A stretch of DNA of 63,241 bases, the filler included, from Licmophora abbreviata (lineage: Eukaryota): NCBI GenBank assembly GCA_900291995.1. It is 9 parts of 9 records of this genome, joined end to end, with 100 filler letters (N's around TTAATTAATTAA, not from the genome) between each part and the next. Parts side by side here need not be neighbours in the genome. Positions count along the whole stretch, not along the records: positions 17,612 to 25,933 come from OLMU01002451.1; positions 26,034 to 42,315 come from OLMU01002452.1; 7 more parts are not named here. One strand, 5' to 3'. Under the pieces are notes generated by a model, which did no database searches, was not told where the DNA came from, and saw only the letters and a program-made list of their open reading frames with translations. The position numbers were made by a program, and so were the translations under genes. This document shows positions 22,147-33,120 of the stretch, in pieces. How positions within the stretch are numbered: position 1 is the stretch's first letter; each line of letters opens with the position of its first letter.

Positions 22147-24930
22147 ATGGGATTCCAGTTGCATCGCCGCGTCGTCGCCTTCATAGGCTTATGCGGAGTA
22201 ACCATAGTTCTTTTGGTTGCACAGCATCAGAACTTGTTGGGATACGTCACGGTACATTCATCACAGCTTCAAAAGTCTAACTTTGCTCGGCCCAGTGATG
22301 CCCCGGAACTGGCCACCAGTTCGATTGCCTTGGGAAGCAGAAAGGCCGCTTCTGTATTCTCTCACCACACTGAGCCCGACGCTCTTCCGGTCGAACGACG
22401 AGTGCTGAATCTGTCGGAAGAAAAGCTCAAGTGGAATCTGACACTCCCAAGCCATGCATTTCAGCTTGACCCCAATCCAAAACTCAAGCATGATCCCTAC
22501 TACTTGGACCCCCTGCGATCTCCCTTGTTACTTCCGAACCGTACGGGGGTCAAGAAACTTCCTTTGAAGCCGCGTACAGAGTATTTGGGAGTTTTGTTGG
22601 ACGCCGGTCGTCAGTACTTTCCAGTGTGGTGGATCGAGCGTCTCATTGACTACCTACAGTTACTCAACTTCAACTTGATTCACTTTCGGCTCACCGACGA
22701 CCAAGCGTTCAACGTGCGACTGGACTGCCATCCCGAATTAGCGCAGCCGTCAAGTGTTAGCGGCTATGGTGTTGTATATTCTACTCAAGAGTTGCGGCAT
22801 TTAGTCAAGTATGCACACGAACGAGGCGTCATCTTGATGCCAGAAATCAACGTCCCTGGCCATGCTGGAGCGTGGTCGGGTGTTCCGGGACTTCTCGTGC
22901 CCTGCGCCGAATTCATCTGTGAGAAAGGTTACGGTGTTCCAATCAATGTCACGCACCCGAGTACGATGACTGTTATCAAAAACGTCATCCGAGAGGTTCG
23001 CGACATCTTTCATACGTCCCCCTATCTTCACTTGGGCGGCGATGAACTTGAAATGATTCTGCCCTGCTTTCGGGAAGTCGGCGCCAAGCCGTTTGACTAC
23101 AACGCCTTTGAGAGAGAGCTCCAACAAGTCCTTGTCGATCTACGTGTTCCCTTGGACAAGGTCATGCGGTGGGAAATGACGGGTTCTCCGATCAATGGCG
23201 AAATGATTCGGGCAGGTGGCATGCAGCATAACTGGATCAGCCATAAGCTTATGAAGACCAAGGACGGGAAGACTGCCCCGTTCTTCATTTCAGCGGGTCT
23301 TTACTTTGATGTTGACCAGAACGCTGACGTTTTTCACAACTATCGTAACACACAGCAACTCCTCAATCTGCCGAAGAAGCCCGACGCGATCGTTGCTGGA
23401 GCGTTCGAACTTGGCACGGACACTTGGTTCATGCGTAGCATTATCAATCGACTCTTGACGGTAAGCATTGGCGCCTCGCACGAAAAAATGGCCAGCTCTG
23501 ACGAGGTGAAACGTCAATACCAGGATCTCTGCCTAAATGCTTTGCGTTTCCCTAAGGAACTCTGTGAATTGGATGGGCGTCCGGTCCCCGACCACACCCT
23601 GGCGGCATACAAGCCGATCTGGACGGAGCATTGGGCGTCGTGGCGTGGAAGTATCTGCGATCGTCTCAGCGTAACGCATCAAGCACGAGTCTTCAAGTCG
23701 TCCAGCGGCAGAGCTGGTCAACTTTTGAAGGACCGAGCGATGAAGCAATCGTCAGATCTCTTTTGGGAAAGCCTTGGCGGCGTCTCGGATGTGGACGACG
23801 ATTCCGCTCAGGAAAGAAAACACGCAATAGAGTACTCCGGCATTATTCTGGATCTCGTGGAGGAAAAGGCGGTGGACAGCGTTTCATCCATCAAGAGCGT
23901 CATCGACAAAATGTCCACGCTCGGCTTCAATCTATTACAGCTAAGAGTGATGAGCGACATGGGGTTTGCGCTGAAAACGAACAAGCTGCAACACTTGATG
24001 GATACTAGGGGCCCACAATACGGCGAATCGGAAATCCAGCAGCTGGTGGCCTATGCGAAAGAACGAGGCGTTCACGTTATGCCGGAAATCAGTGTGACGT
24101 CGCGTGGAGGCGGCTGGTACCAAACACAAGCGCTCGTTCCTTGTACCGATTTGGTTTGCACGAAGGGAATAGGGGTCGCTCTGGATCTGGCGGATGCTTC
24201 ACTATTTGCTCATATTAGCGCTGTGGTACTGGAACTTCGACGTTTATTCTCGAGCAAGTTTCTCCATTTAGGCTACGATGAACGCAAGGAAAGCATGGCC
24301 TGCTACCACGAGATAAATATCACCGACCCACCGATTGATCGCTTTGAACACAAGCTGTCGATGTTGCTGGATCTTCAAGATATACCACTTGATCACGTAA
24401 TTCGATGGGAGAATGTCGAAGGACGAAATTACGAGGGTAGAGCTGGAACCGGTACACACTATCGACTGACGAATGGTCCAGAGCGCGGCGCCGCAGCCAA
24501 CAAGATCGTCTTTGCATCGAATGGGCTCGATTTCTCCACGACGAGCGTCGACGATTTGGACGCGTTCATGATCTACAACAATGGAATCTCGATGGCTGGC
24601 GCGTCACCAACTGCAGTGCTTGCGGTAGTGAATGTGATCGACGTTGAATCATGGAAGAATTTGAATATTGACGGACGTCTTGTGGCCTTGTCAATGGGTC
24701 TTTCGCAAGGCGATAAACTCAACGAGTCGCAGTTTCGCGACTCTTACATGTTAGCTTGTGAATCTTTGGAAGGGGCAAACTGTGACTTGTTTGGAAAACG
24801 CAACGTTGAGACCGCATGGGCCACTGGTCGTGCGAAGGCGAGAAAGGACTTGCTGGAATCGACTTGCAGTGCGAGGATCGAAACGAAGGAAGTGAGACTG
24901 CCCGGTCCTGAACTTCTTGGGCCGAACTAG
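22147..24930 (+). CDS. Type II membrane GH20 beta-N-acetylhexosaminidase-like protein with two tandem GH20 domains, 927 aa
   Basis: Domain 1: LLDAGRQYF, HFRLTDDQAF, MPEINVPGHA, HLGGDE. Domain 2: QLRVMSDMGF, MPEISV, HLGYDE. N-terminal transmembrane anchor. Confidence 0.9.
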   Translation: MGFQLHRRVVAFIGLCGVTIVLLVAQHQNLLGYVTVHSSQLQKSNFARPSDAPELATSSIALGSRKAASVFSHHTEPDALPVERRVLNLSEEKLKWNLTLPSHAFQLDPNPKLKHDPYYLDPLRSPLLLPNRTGVKKLPLKPRTEYLGVLLDAGRQYFPVWWIERLIDYLQLLNFNLIHFRLTDDQAFNVRLDCHPELAQPSSVSGYGVVYSTQELRHLVKYAHERGVILMPEINVPGHAGAWSGVPGLLVPCAEFICEKGYGVPINVTHPSTMTVIKNVIREVRDIFHTSPYLHLGGDELEMILPCFREVGAKPFDYNAFERELQQVLVDLRVPLDKVMRWEMTGSPINGEMIRAGGMQHNWISHKLMKTKDGKTAPFFISAGLYFDVDQNADVFHNYRNTQQLLNLPKKPDAIVAGAFELGTDTWFMRSIINRLLTVSIGASHEKMASSDEVKRQYQDLCLNALRFPKELCELDGRPVPDHTLAAYKPIWTEHWASWRGSICDRLSVTHQARVFKSSSGRAGQLLKDRAMKQSSDLFWESLGGVSDVDDDSAQERKHAIEYSGIILDLVEEKAVDSVSSIKSVIDKMSTLGFNLLQLRVMSDMGFALKTNKLQHLMDTRGPQYGESEIQQLVAYAKERGVHVMPEISVTSRGGGWYQTQALVPCTDLVCTKGIGVALDLADASLFAHISAVVLELRRLFSSKFLHLGYDERKESMACYHEINITDPPIDRFEHKLSMLLDLQDIPLDHVIRWENVEGRNYEGRAGTGTHYRLTNGPERGAAANKIVFASNGLDFSTTSVDDLDAFMIYNNGISMAGASPTAVLAVVNVIDVESWKNLNIDGRLVALSMGLSQGDKLNESQFRDSYMLACESLEGANCDLFGKRNVETAWATGRAKARKDLLESTCSARIETKEVRLPGPELLGPN

Positions 24931-25461
24931 GAAGACAACTTGATGTCAGGTTGTCTTTTGGGGTGTAACACTAGAAGAATAGATTTCCTGACGCTTCCTC
25001 GACCACATACTACAGTAGTAGTTCAGCTTAACCACCTCATCCTGAACCGCTCGAGAGCTCTGGCGGCGGCAAACCGGGTTCAAAAACTTCATGATACGAC
25101 TTATTAGACTCAAACCTCTTACTCCCAAACCTTCGTATCTACGCATTTTTCTACGAAGATTCCTAGTGTGAACCCAAACAAATCGCGTCCGCACATTCAT
25201 TTTTTATGAATTAAAGTTGACTGTTGATGTACGTGACCATGGCGATCTTCTTGGCGACGACCTGTTTGCGAACGTCGAAGCGGACTCTGTGGGACGTACA
25301 AGTAACGCAAGGAGTGGCAGTTTGCCTTGAGTGCGACCCGAGATTCTGAAGCTTTTCTTCTCTTTGCGTGGCTTTGCAAGCGCTGATCTCGCAGTTTGGC
25401 TTTCTCACATATGTCCCTTATCCCTCACTGTCTCCACAGAACATCTCGAGAACTTAAAAAG

Positions 25462-26402
25462 ATGTCCGCAGCTCGCCGCAGTCGATTGTCCACGAAGCGC
25501 AAGTTTGTTGCCGACGGTGTCTTTTTCGCCGAACTCAACGAACTGTTGACGCGCGAGTTGGCTGAAGAGGGCTATGCCGGTGTCGAAGTTCGTACGACGC
25601 CGCACCGCACCGAAATCATCATTCGTGCCACGCGTACTCAGAATGTGCTCGGAGAAAAGGGACAGCGCATCCGCGAGTTGACCAGTGTTGTGCAGAAGCG
25701 ATTCGACTTTGCCGACGGTGCTGTCGAGCTCTATGCCGAGCGTGTCCAGAACCGTGGCCTCTGTGCTCAGGCTCAGGCGGAATCGCTTAAGTTCAAGCTT
25801 CTTGGAGGACTCGCCGTCCGTCGTGCTTGCTATGGTGTTGTGCGTTTCGTCATGGAGGCTTCTGCGAAGGGATGTGAAGTTATTGTCACCGGAAAGCTTC
25901 GTGGACAGCGTGCCAAGGGCATGAAGTTTGGCTNNNNNNNNNNNNNNNNNNNNNNNNNNNNNNNNNNNNNNNNNNNNTTAATTAATTAANNNNNNNNNNN
26001 NNNNNNNNNNNNNNNNNNNNNNNNNNNNNNNNNGTCACCGGAAAGCTTCGTGGACAGCGTGCCAAGGGCATGAAGTTTGGCTCAGGCTTCATGGTCAAGA
26101 CTGGACATGCATCGGAGGTTTACACCGACACTGCTGTGCGTCACGTGCTCATGCGTCAGGGTGTGATTGGAATCAGGGTTGCCATCTTTCTCCCCCAAGA
26201 TCCTCGTGGTCTGCAGGGTCCGAAACGTCCGTTGGACGATGTTGTCACTATTCTCGAACCGAAGGAAGAAGTTCATCCTGCAACACTTCTGGCTCAGCAA
26301 CAAGCCGCTCAACCCTTGGCCATGCCTCTCTCGACTCCGGCGCCCATGGACGCGGCTGTCCCTGTTGCGCCAGTAGATCCGAATGTCGCTGCTGGTTTCT
26401 AA
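25462..26402 (+). CDS. RPS3: 40S ribosomal protein S3 (uS3), split by a linker with a duplicated overlap
   Basis: [55 protein letters not shown]. Confidence 0.97.
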
Positions 26403-26886
26403 GAGGTAGAATAAGTTTAGGTCTGACTAATAGTCTTCAACCTCGCAATATCACATGAATTCGATCTGCCGTGTTATCGATTATTGTAGGCCTATATCGA
26501 TGTTTTCTACACGTTGTAGATGGGGTGCATTCATTCACTTTGATTCAAACTTGCTGACCCCAGGTAGCTCGCCACCCCCGTGGGTCGACGGCGTTTCAGT
26601 GATTTCAGCCATCGCAGGCGACGACTTCGTCACTCATCCATCGCTTCGTCTACATGCCCGGGACGGCAATAAAAAACCGCGAGACACATATATGATGAGA
26701 GAACAATGTAATCCACAATTCATTAGTTCGGATTACAATCCAATACAATACTTGTATCACTATGTGTACAAGTAACGCGAATGCGTGCAGTGTAAATTTC
26801 CACTAACAGACGTTTGCAATTTCCTAAGCATTGGAGTCGTGGGCCAACATGAACGCCACGAATCTCCCTTGTGTATCCACACTCTT

Positions 26887-27360
26887 TCAAGAAGATCCTT
26901 CCACGCCTTCCAGCTTTATGCAAAGAAGTTTCGCCCCATTTCCGGACAACTCCAGCACGTCGTTCTCAGACTTGATCGTGTCAAATTGTTCTAGGGTCGT
27001 GGCGATGAACGTCTCGAGCTCTCGGAGAGGTGGCGGCGCCATCATTCTTGTACTCGCCGGATGCCCACTCTCGACACTATACCCTTCATCTGTCTCTCCA
27101 AGAATCTTCATAGTCGTTGTAAAATGATTTGAGATATTGATATCGACGCGATATGAGTCGCCGGGACTGTCAGTCTTGGGCGATAGAGTGAGCTGACCTC
27201 CCGAATTAAGCTCAACCAAATTTCCGGCCGGGTACATTGCTTCAGTTATTTTCCACGCTCCCACGTAGTTTTTTGCTGGCTGTTCCAATGCCCTGATCTT
27301 CGAACATACCACGGAAAGAAGGAAAAAGAGGAGAAAGGAGCGTCGTTGCAGGAGTATCAT
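26887..27360 (-). CDS. Secreted META/HslJ-domain protein, 157 aa
   Basis: Signal peptide; W-K-I-T start of the domain; ASTRMMAPPPLRELE, matching the META-type STxMxx...E motif. Confidence 0.7.
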   Translation of the reverse strand: MILLQRRSFLLFFLLSVVCSKIRALEQPAKNYVGAWKITEAMYPAGNLVELNSGGQLTLSPKTDSPGDSYRVDINISNHFTTTMKILGETDEGYSVESGHPASTRMMAPPPLRELETFIATTLEQFDTIKSENDVLELSGNGAKLLCIKLEGVEGSS

Positions 27361-27707
27361 GGTCGTCGTGGTGTGAAAGTTGTTGTGAGACGTTGCGCGG
27401 CGACTCGCACAGCATGTGTTTGGATGACACCCACGACTCGGATACGACTGCGAGCGAGAGAAATAGGCGTGCCGATAGCTCGTGTCGGACGAGAGCCCCC
27501 TTAAAGGCACGGGTCGTGTTCTACCGATGAAAATGTCGCTGTCAGCGATGAAAGTTGTTAACAGTAGTACCAGGCCCTATGGTCTCGGCAGATATTACTT
27601 CGTTCTAGCTCTATCTCCAGAGTACCAGTATTGTACGATAACAGCCAATTATCACTCGGTACTCCCCAAGCTGCAATTTCGCTCACCCCTGTTCTCTGCT
27701 AATATTC

Positions 27708-28532
27708 TTATTCGTCCTCACGAGTATACACATTGAAGTAGTCGGCTCCGTCCGGAGAGAAGCCACGTTCAATCCAAAATCTCCCATCAAAATACGTGCT
27801 CTCGACGTAGTTTGCTCGCCCCTTGAGTAAGCCAAAGAATCCAACTCCAAGATCCTTCAATCCAAACACGTCTGTCGTTATCTCGTCATAAATGAACGTG
27901 ACAAGCCCTGGATTAACTGGCCCAGACTGCGAATGGGATATCAGAACAGATAAAAGTGAGATGAAGGCGAGACAAGGACATTCAAAGGCGAGTCACAGGC
28001 TCATTCAAGACCAATATTGACGTCTGTCGTATCCAGAACGTACATCAAAGGTATATTTACTCTTGGCGACAAGACGATTCAGACCAAGTGTCTTTTTTCC
28101 AAACTCCAATATGTAGTCAAGGTCCTGTTCACCCTTGAAGTTCAAAAAGACATTGGCATCCCGCGGCAAGTCTCCTAGAGTCGCGGCCGACGTACTGAAC
28201 CCGAGTCGCCAGGTGGTTCCAGGCAGTGATTCTCCAATCTGTTCTAAAGACACGGGCGTCGGTCGTAGGGTAGCAACCTGACGAACATATTGTTCCATCT
28301 CTAATCGCCGTCCCTCTGAAAGTGCTCGCGATGGAATACCTTGCGACTTCATTGCATCGAGCTGAACGCGCATCTCTTGATACTCAAAGTCGGCGTTCCC
28401 CTCACTCATATGTAGTGACGTCGATGAAGGGCGACAAGGAACGACTGGAGGGTGGGAGATTATTTGGAAGGAAGAACCCACTGCGACTGAAAGGAGGAGA
28501 GCGACGGCTCTGGTAAGCAATGTCCGCGTCAT
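27708..28532 (-). CDS. Plastid-targeted PAP/fibrillin-like (lipocalin-fold) protein; exons 28532-28044 and 27926-27708, 235 aa
   Basis: Presequence AVGSSF; LPGTTWRLGFSTS; second exon found by hand, ending STYFDGRFWIERG...FNVYTREDE*. Confidence 0.75.
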
Positions 28533-29071
28533 GGTTAGGGGTTGACGTTCGAAATTTGAAGCTAGTTTAGTTTGAGAAGCGAAGCGGCAGCGAAGGGATT
28601 GTTTCAGTGCAGGGCAGAGGAGCGAGCTTCAAATGAGGCTGAATCACACACAGGTGCTACAGGGGCAAAAAGTGAGAGCAAGAACGGTATCGCGACGCCA
28701 ACGTCCGACTTGATCCTGATGAGTGTCACGTTGCAGTCAGAACGAGAAAGATGTGTTTCTCATTGCATCCTGTTGGCGCCAAGATCGCGTCATCGTCATT
28801 CGTGGCGCGCGCAAATCGAACATACCCTTTTCCTCCGTACTGAAGCTCTGAAATCCAACACAGGATACTCTTGCTGCAAAATACCTAAATATATCGCACA
28901 GTGGTGACGTCGACGTGACACCGCGCGGACGACAACTTTTGTGAAAACTGAAAACTGTGATGACATCTGCTTTTTGCTTTTTGCTCTTCCGGCCTCTCGT
29001 TGCGTTGAGAATCGTCTCTCATTCCAAACCTCCGGAGGACACAGCCGAACACGTAAAAAGGTGACACGACC

Positions 29072-29764
29072 ATGACGATGCTCTCACGACTAGTGGCCTT
29101 GGCAGTATTACTCGCTTCACTACCTCGCGCAGTATCGAGCTATGCAGTTACAAGTCCCAAGCTGGTTGCGTCGAGGACTGCGCGGAGCCGAAAGTTCCAT
29201 TGGATTTCGCGTCGCCACCAGTCGGCAGTTCCGTCAGAGAGTTTTGGATCGACAGTTGCGGCTGGGAGTGAAGCAAGAGACTACAGCGACTGTGTTTCAT
29301 GGAACTGGGACAGAGTGGCGTCGTCCGCCTTTGATCAAGACAAGCGGCCAATCATACTCTTCGACGGCCACTGCAGTCTCTGCAGTGCCAGCGTCAACTA
29401 CTGTCTCGACCATGATCCCGAAGGACACTTTCGTTTCGTCAGTTTGGAGAGCAAAGTCGGGCAGTCTCTCTTGATTCGCAGCGGACGTCATCCTCGAGAC
29501 ACTAGCAGTATCATGATGTGTACAGAGGACGGGAAGGCATTTGCAGAAAGCGATGCTGTTTGTAAAATCGCTCAAGGTTTAGGAGGTCAATGGCTGCCGG
29601 CAGCAGGATGGCTCGGGGAAAGATTGCCCAGATTCGTGCGGGATCCGATCTATAAAGTCATATCGGACAATCGCTTTCGATTTGGAGGGGCAGAGGCCGA
29701 TCAGTGTCGCATGGATTTTGACGGGACCTACACAAGTCGGTTTGTAGATGATCCGGACGCATAG
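29072..29764 (+). CDS. DCC1-like thiol-disulfide oxidoreductase (DUF393)
   Basis: ILFDGHCSLC (DxxCxxC motif), RDPIYKVISDNRFR; N-terminal signal/transit peptide. Confidence 0.9.
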   Translation: MTMLSRLVALAVLLASLPRAVSSYAVTSPKLVASRTARSRKFHWISRRHQSAVPSESFGSTVAAGSEARDYSDCVSWNWDRVASSAFDQDKRPIILFDGHCSLCSASVNYCLDHDPEGHFRFVSLESKVGQSLLIRSGRHPRDTSSIMMCTEDGKAFAESDAVCKIAQGLGGQWLPAAGWLGERLPRFVRDPIYKVISDNRFRFGGAEADQCRMDFDGTYTSRFVDDPDA

Positions 29765-30152
29765 CGTATAATTTGCGTGGAGAGGGGGCTGAGCGTATAA
29801 GCTTGTTGTTGGTTAATTACCGGCCCGCGATAAATATATGGCTGTGCCATGGTACAGTATATCGCTAACTTGCTAACCTCGCGATACTGTAGCTTACAAA
29901 CATTTCGACTCTTATTTTCGACCCATTTTATGAAGCACCTCTCTCCCGAAGCTTGATAGAGCACGTTGAGATTCACTGTAACGTAGTCCGTTTTTATAAA
30001 AGAGATACAAAAATCTATGATACGATAGAAGTGGTGGCCTTCCTACAGCCAACCCAGTTTGTCTACATTGAAATTCTAATGCATCCACCACAATCGCGAA
30101 TCTGACAAGGCTGGCCACGAGCTCGAGGACCATCGCCACAATCAACTCATCA

Positions 30153-30728
30153 TCAATCATTGAAATATTCGTTCTCGGAATCATTCTCATATATATCATC
30201 ATCGTCCTCGTCGTCCTCATCGGCTGCGGTATTTTGGGCATGCGTTTGCTGGTTGTTGTTGCCCTGACTCCGGTAGTATGTGTTTGAGCATCGGACAATC
30301 GACTTGCCGACACTGCCAATCCAATCGTCCTTTTCCTTCTCTGTGTCAGCGTATAGAAGAAATGTAGTCTCAGGAGTACTGATCTCGAATGAGTTGCGCT
30401 TCTTACTCTTGAGATCGGCCGACTTGACCGTCGTGCATTCTGTCAGATTCGAAACGCGACCAGTGAGAATTAGAATCAGGTGACATTCCGACAATTTTGA
30501 CACCGCCGCAATGATAAACTTACGTGAAAGGTCAATCATACCGTGAGGCACTGAATAGTCCGTCTTACAGAAGAAAAGTTTAGATCCCTTCAGCAAGAAA
30601 TATCGACGACGCCAGTCCTTGAGCCACATGCTCTGTTTCGTGAGCCAGCCTTGGAATTCGGGATTGTCCGTGTCGTAAATCAAATTCGTTTGTGGATCCA
30701 CGTACGGGGGTCGGGCCAGGCGACTCAT
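30153..30728 (-). CDS. Stand-alone PH-domain protein; intron 30440-30523
   Basis: GWLTKQSMWLKDWRRRYFLLKG, FLLYADTEKEKDDWIGSV; acidic tail. Confidence 0.9.
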   Translation of the reverse strand: MSRLARPPYVDPQTNLIYDTDNPEFQGWLTKQSMWLKDWRRRYFLLKGSKLFFCKTDYSVPHGMIDLSRKFIIAAVSKLSECHLILILTGRVSNLTECTTVKSADLKSKKRNSFEISTPETTFLLYADTEKEKDDWIGSVGKSIVRCSNTYYRSQGNNNQQTHAQNTAADEDDEDDDDIYENDSENEYFND

Positions 30729-31313
30729 TGTGTTGCTTTGGGAGAGAAAGAGAATCGCAAACAAAAAAAAAACGATGCTATTCTCAAGGCAGCAACGGTG
30801 AATGTTAACAGCGATGAGAAATGGCAGCGTGTGTGGTCGAACGAATGGAATGGAATCCGAGCCGTCCGCCGGCCTTTTGCTACCATAGTTTTACGGAGCA
30901 CGTAGCTCGCTTATGGAGCTTGGCCGGCAAGCATGACCCTTTAAAGACGAAACAATAGGCTAGGCTCACGACTTGTGAGGCTTTCTACTGTACCGGTATC
31001 ATCAAATATGACCACAGGCCCGCAATTCGTGTGGATTTTCGACTCTTGTCGGTGACGTCTAGGCACTACCACAAGCGGAATCGCGGTACGACGGCTGGTC
31101 AGGAGGGTTTGCCAAGTTATATTCTTAGTCGAGTGAGCTACTTGCAATGCTGAAGGCCTGTAAATAATTGGAGTCTCACACTGCCTATCAAGGTCCGTAC
31201 ATGTGGAATCATTCGCATACGGTTAACGAGCGACCGCTTTCGATCAAAGCACAATAGGATTCCAGGTAGTCGAGACAATCTTTGCTTTAGACATAGTACG
31301 GTATTCGGAAAGA

Positions 31314-31837
31314 CTATCCCATCGCCTGACGGGCACGCTGTTGGGCATTGACAGCCTTGATATCCTCTCGTTTGGCGACCGCCCGCTTGTGGCTTCCGAG
31401 ACGCCTCTTGGCAAATTTGTAAATACGCTTGTCCGCAGCACTACCTCCAGTCTTGATCATATCCAAGATGCGACGTTCATATGGGCTCAGTCCAACCACC
31501 TCGCGGGCAATTTCCCGAGCCAAAGAATCACGCTTCGACTTGATCTGTAGATATTATAAACGATGGAAGAAACGGTCGTTAGTCAACGCAACCATACTCA
31601 TGGTGTTTTGCCATCTTCAGAGAGGCAACTCTGCTCTTTCGTTAACGGGTTCTGGGTCTAACTCGACCGTGAGGTATCACAGCATCGCGAGTGCACCCGA
31701 TGACGACTTCTCTCTCCCTCTTTCTCGCAATGCCATCTCTCTTGACGCACCATCTTCTTCTTCGGCCGCGGATTCTCCCGCTGGTCCGTGACGTGCCCCT
31801 TGTTGGCGCCGCCCTTGGAAATTCCCGTTCGCGCCAT
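31314..31837 (-). CDS. RPL36: 60S ribosomal protein L36 (eL36); exons 31837-31751 and 31544-31314
   Basis: GANKGHVT in exon 1; REVVGLSPYERR and KFAKRRLGSHKRA in exon 2. Confidence 0.95.
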
Positions 31838-32265
31838 GGTTGTTTCGTTTTCGAGTGAAAGCGGTGCTGAGTTTATGTGGGGCCAGTTCCGCAGTCTGTA
31901 GCCAGCCGTACAAAAGCTATTGAGCCTCCGGGTGATTTCAATACCGCTTACTAAACTCTCCATCAATCAACTCACAACCGCACACACTGCGCATTCTCAA
32001 CCAGGTAAGAAGATGCCGGTTTTGACGATGAGCTTACGACAAGGAGCGAAGGGGAGACACTCTAATGCACAGAATACGACATACTGGAACATTACTGTGT
32101 AATTTGATAGTTGAGAGAGGAAGAAGGTGGCGAAATTGACCACTTCCGTGAGCATGGCGACGCCGCTGCAAACAGCGGCGGTCAGTGCCCTCATATCCCA
32201 TTCGATCCGTGTCTCTCACGTCTAGCTCATTGCTTCCCTTACTTCGCAGAATTAATCGATAGATC

Positions 32266-32604
32266 ATGCCAGACAACCGTTGGACCCGCGTGGCTCGCCG
32301 CCCTTTCAACACACGTAGCAATCGTGCTCGTGGTGTTCGAACTCCAGGCGGAGCTCTCAAAGCCCAGAAGATCAAGAAGACGACGAAGGGACCTCGATGC
32401 TCCGATTGCAAGACGCCGTTGCAGGGAATCAAGCACTTGAAGAAGAGTGCCTACACCAACCTGAAGAAGAGGGAGCGAACTGTGTCTCGCTGCTATGGAG
32501 GATCGTGCTGTGCCGGTTGTGTTAGACAGAGAATCATCCGCGCTTTCCTTTTGGAAGAACAAAAGGCTGTCAAGAAGGTGCTGACAGACCGTCAGGGCAA
32601 ATAA
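32266..32604 (+). CDS. RPL34: 60S ribosomal protein L34 (eL34); probable 5'-UTR intron 32005-32249
   Basis: FNTRSNR, RTPGG, CSDC, VSRCYGGSCCAGCVRQRIIRAFLLEEQK. Confidence 0.96.
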   Translation: MPDNRWTRVARRPFNTRSNRARGVRTPGGALKAQKIKKTTKGPRCSDCKTPLQGIKHLKKSAYTNLKKRERTVSRCYGGSCCAGCVRQRIIRAFLLEEQKAVKKVLTDRQGK

Positions 32605-33120
32605 ACTAGTTCCGCAGCTTGAGTGATTGGCGATCGAATCGTTGTTGTTGTTGTCGATTGTTTTACTGTCTTAGTTCTTTCGAGCATATCGAGGGGTAGC
32701 GCCTTCGATTTTGTGACTTGCTTGCCTGCATTCTGGGCGAAAGCTGAGAGGTATAACACTACTGCCGATCGACCGAAGAACTTTGCAAAGTAAGCATGTT
32801 CAATGGATGAGACTGTTTAGTGCTTACCTAGTAGTAGAACACTTTCACCAACAGCGAAAAGATTGCGATCCGGCGAAAGGAACCTCTTCGGCATTGGCAG
32901 AATCTTGCGCGTTGATGCGAGCTATTGAGCTATTGCAACGCGCGAGAAATGAAACAGCTCAGCTCGCGCCTTTTTCCCACGCCGCCCCCGCGGTCGGCAT
33001 GCACGGCACACCTCCAAACACAATGGTTCACTCTTTTTGTCTCCATGTCGTTGCATTCTCGGTCCTGTAGAGAACGTTAATCCCTCCCTCCGCTCACCTG
33101 TTGGATGCTGTTGGTCCACC

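Noticed and set aside
21778..22205. Apparent overlap of the RRM and GH20 ORFs on opposite strands
   Set aside because: It results from non-ATG or upstream ORF extension. The likely starts (21890 and 22147) leave an ordinary 256-nt divergent promoter.
31545..31750. 206-nt RPL36 intron as a C/D snoRNA host
   Set aside because: CTGA is present, but there is no convincing RTGATGA C box or terminal stem.
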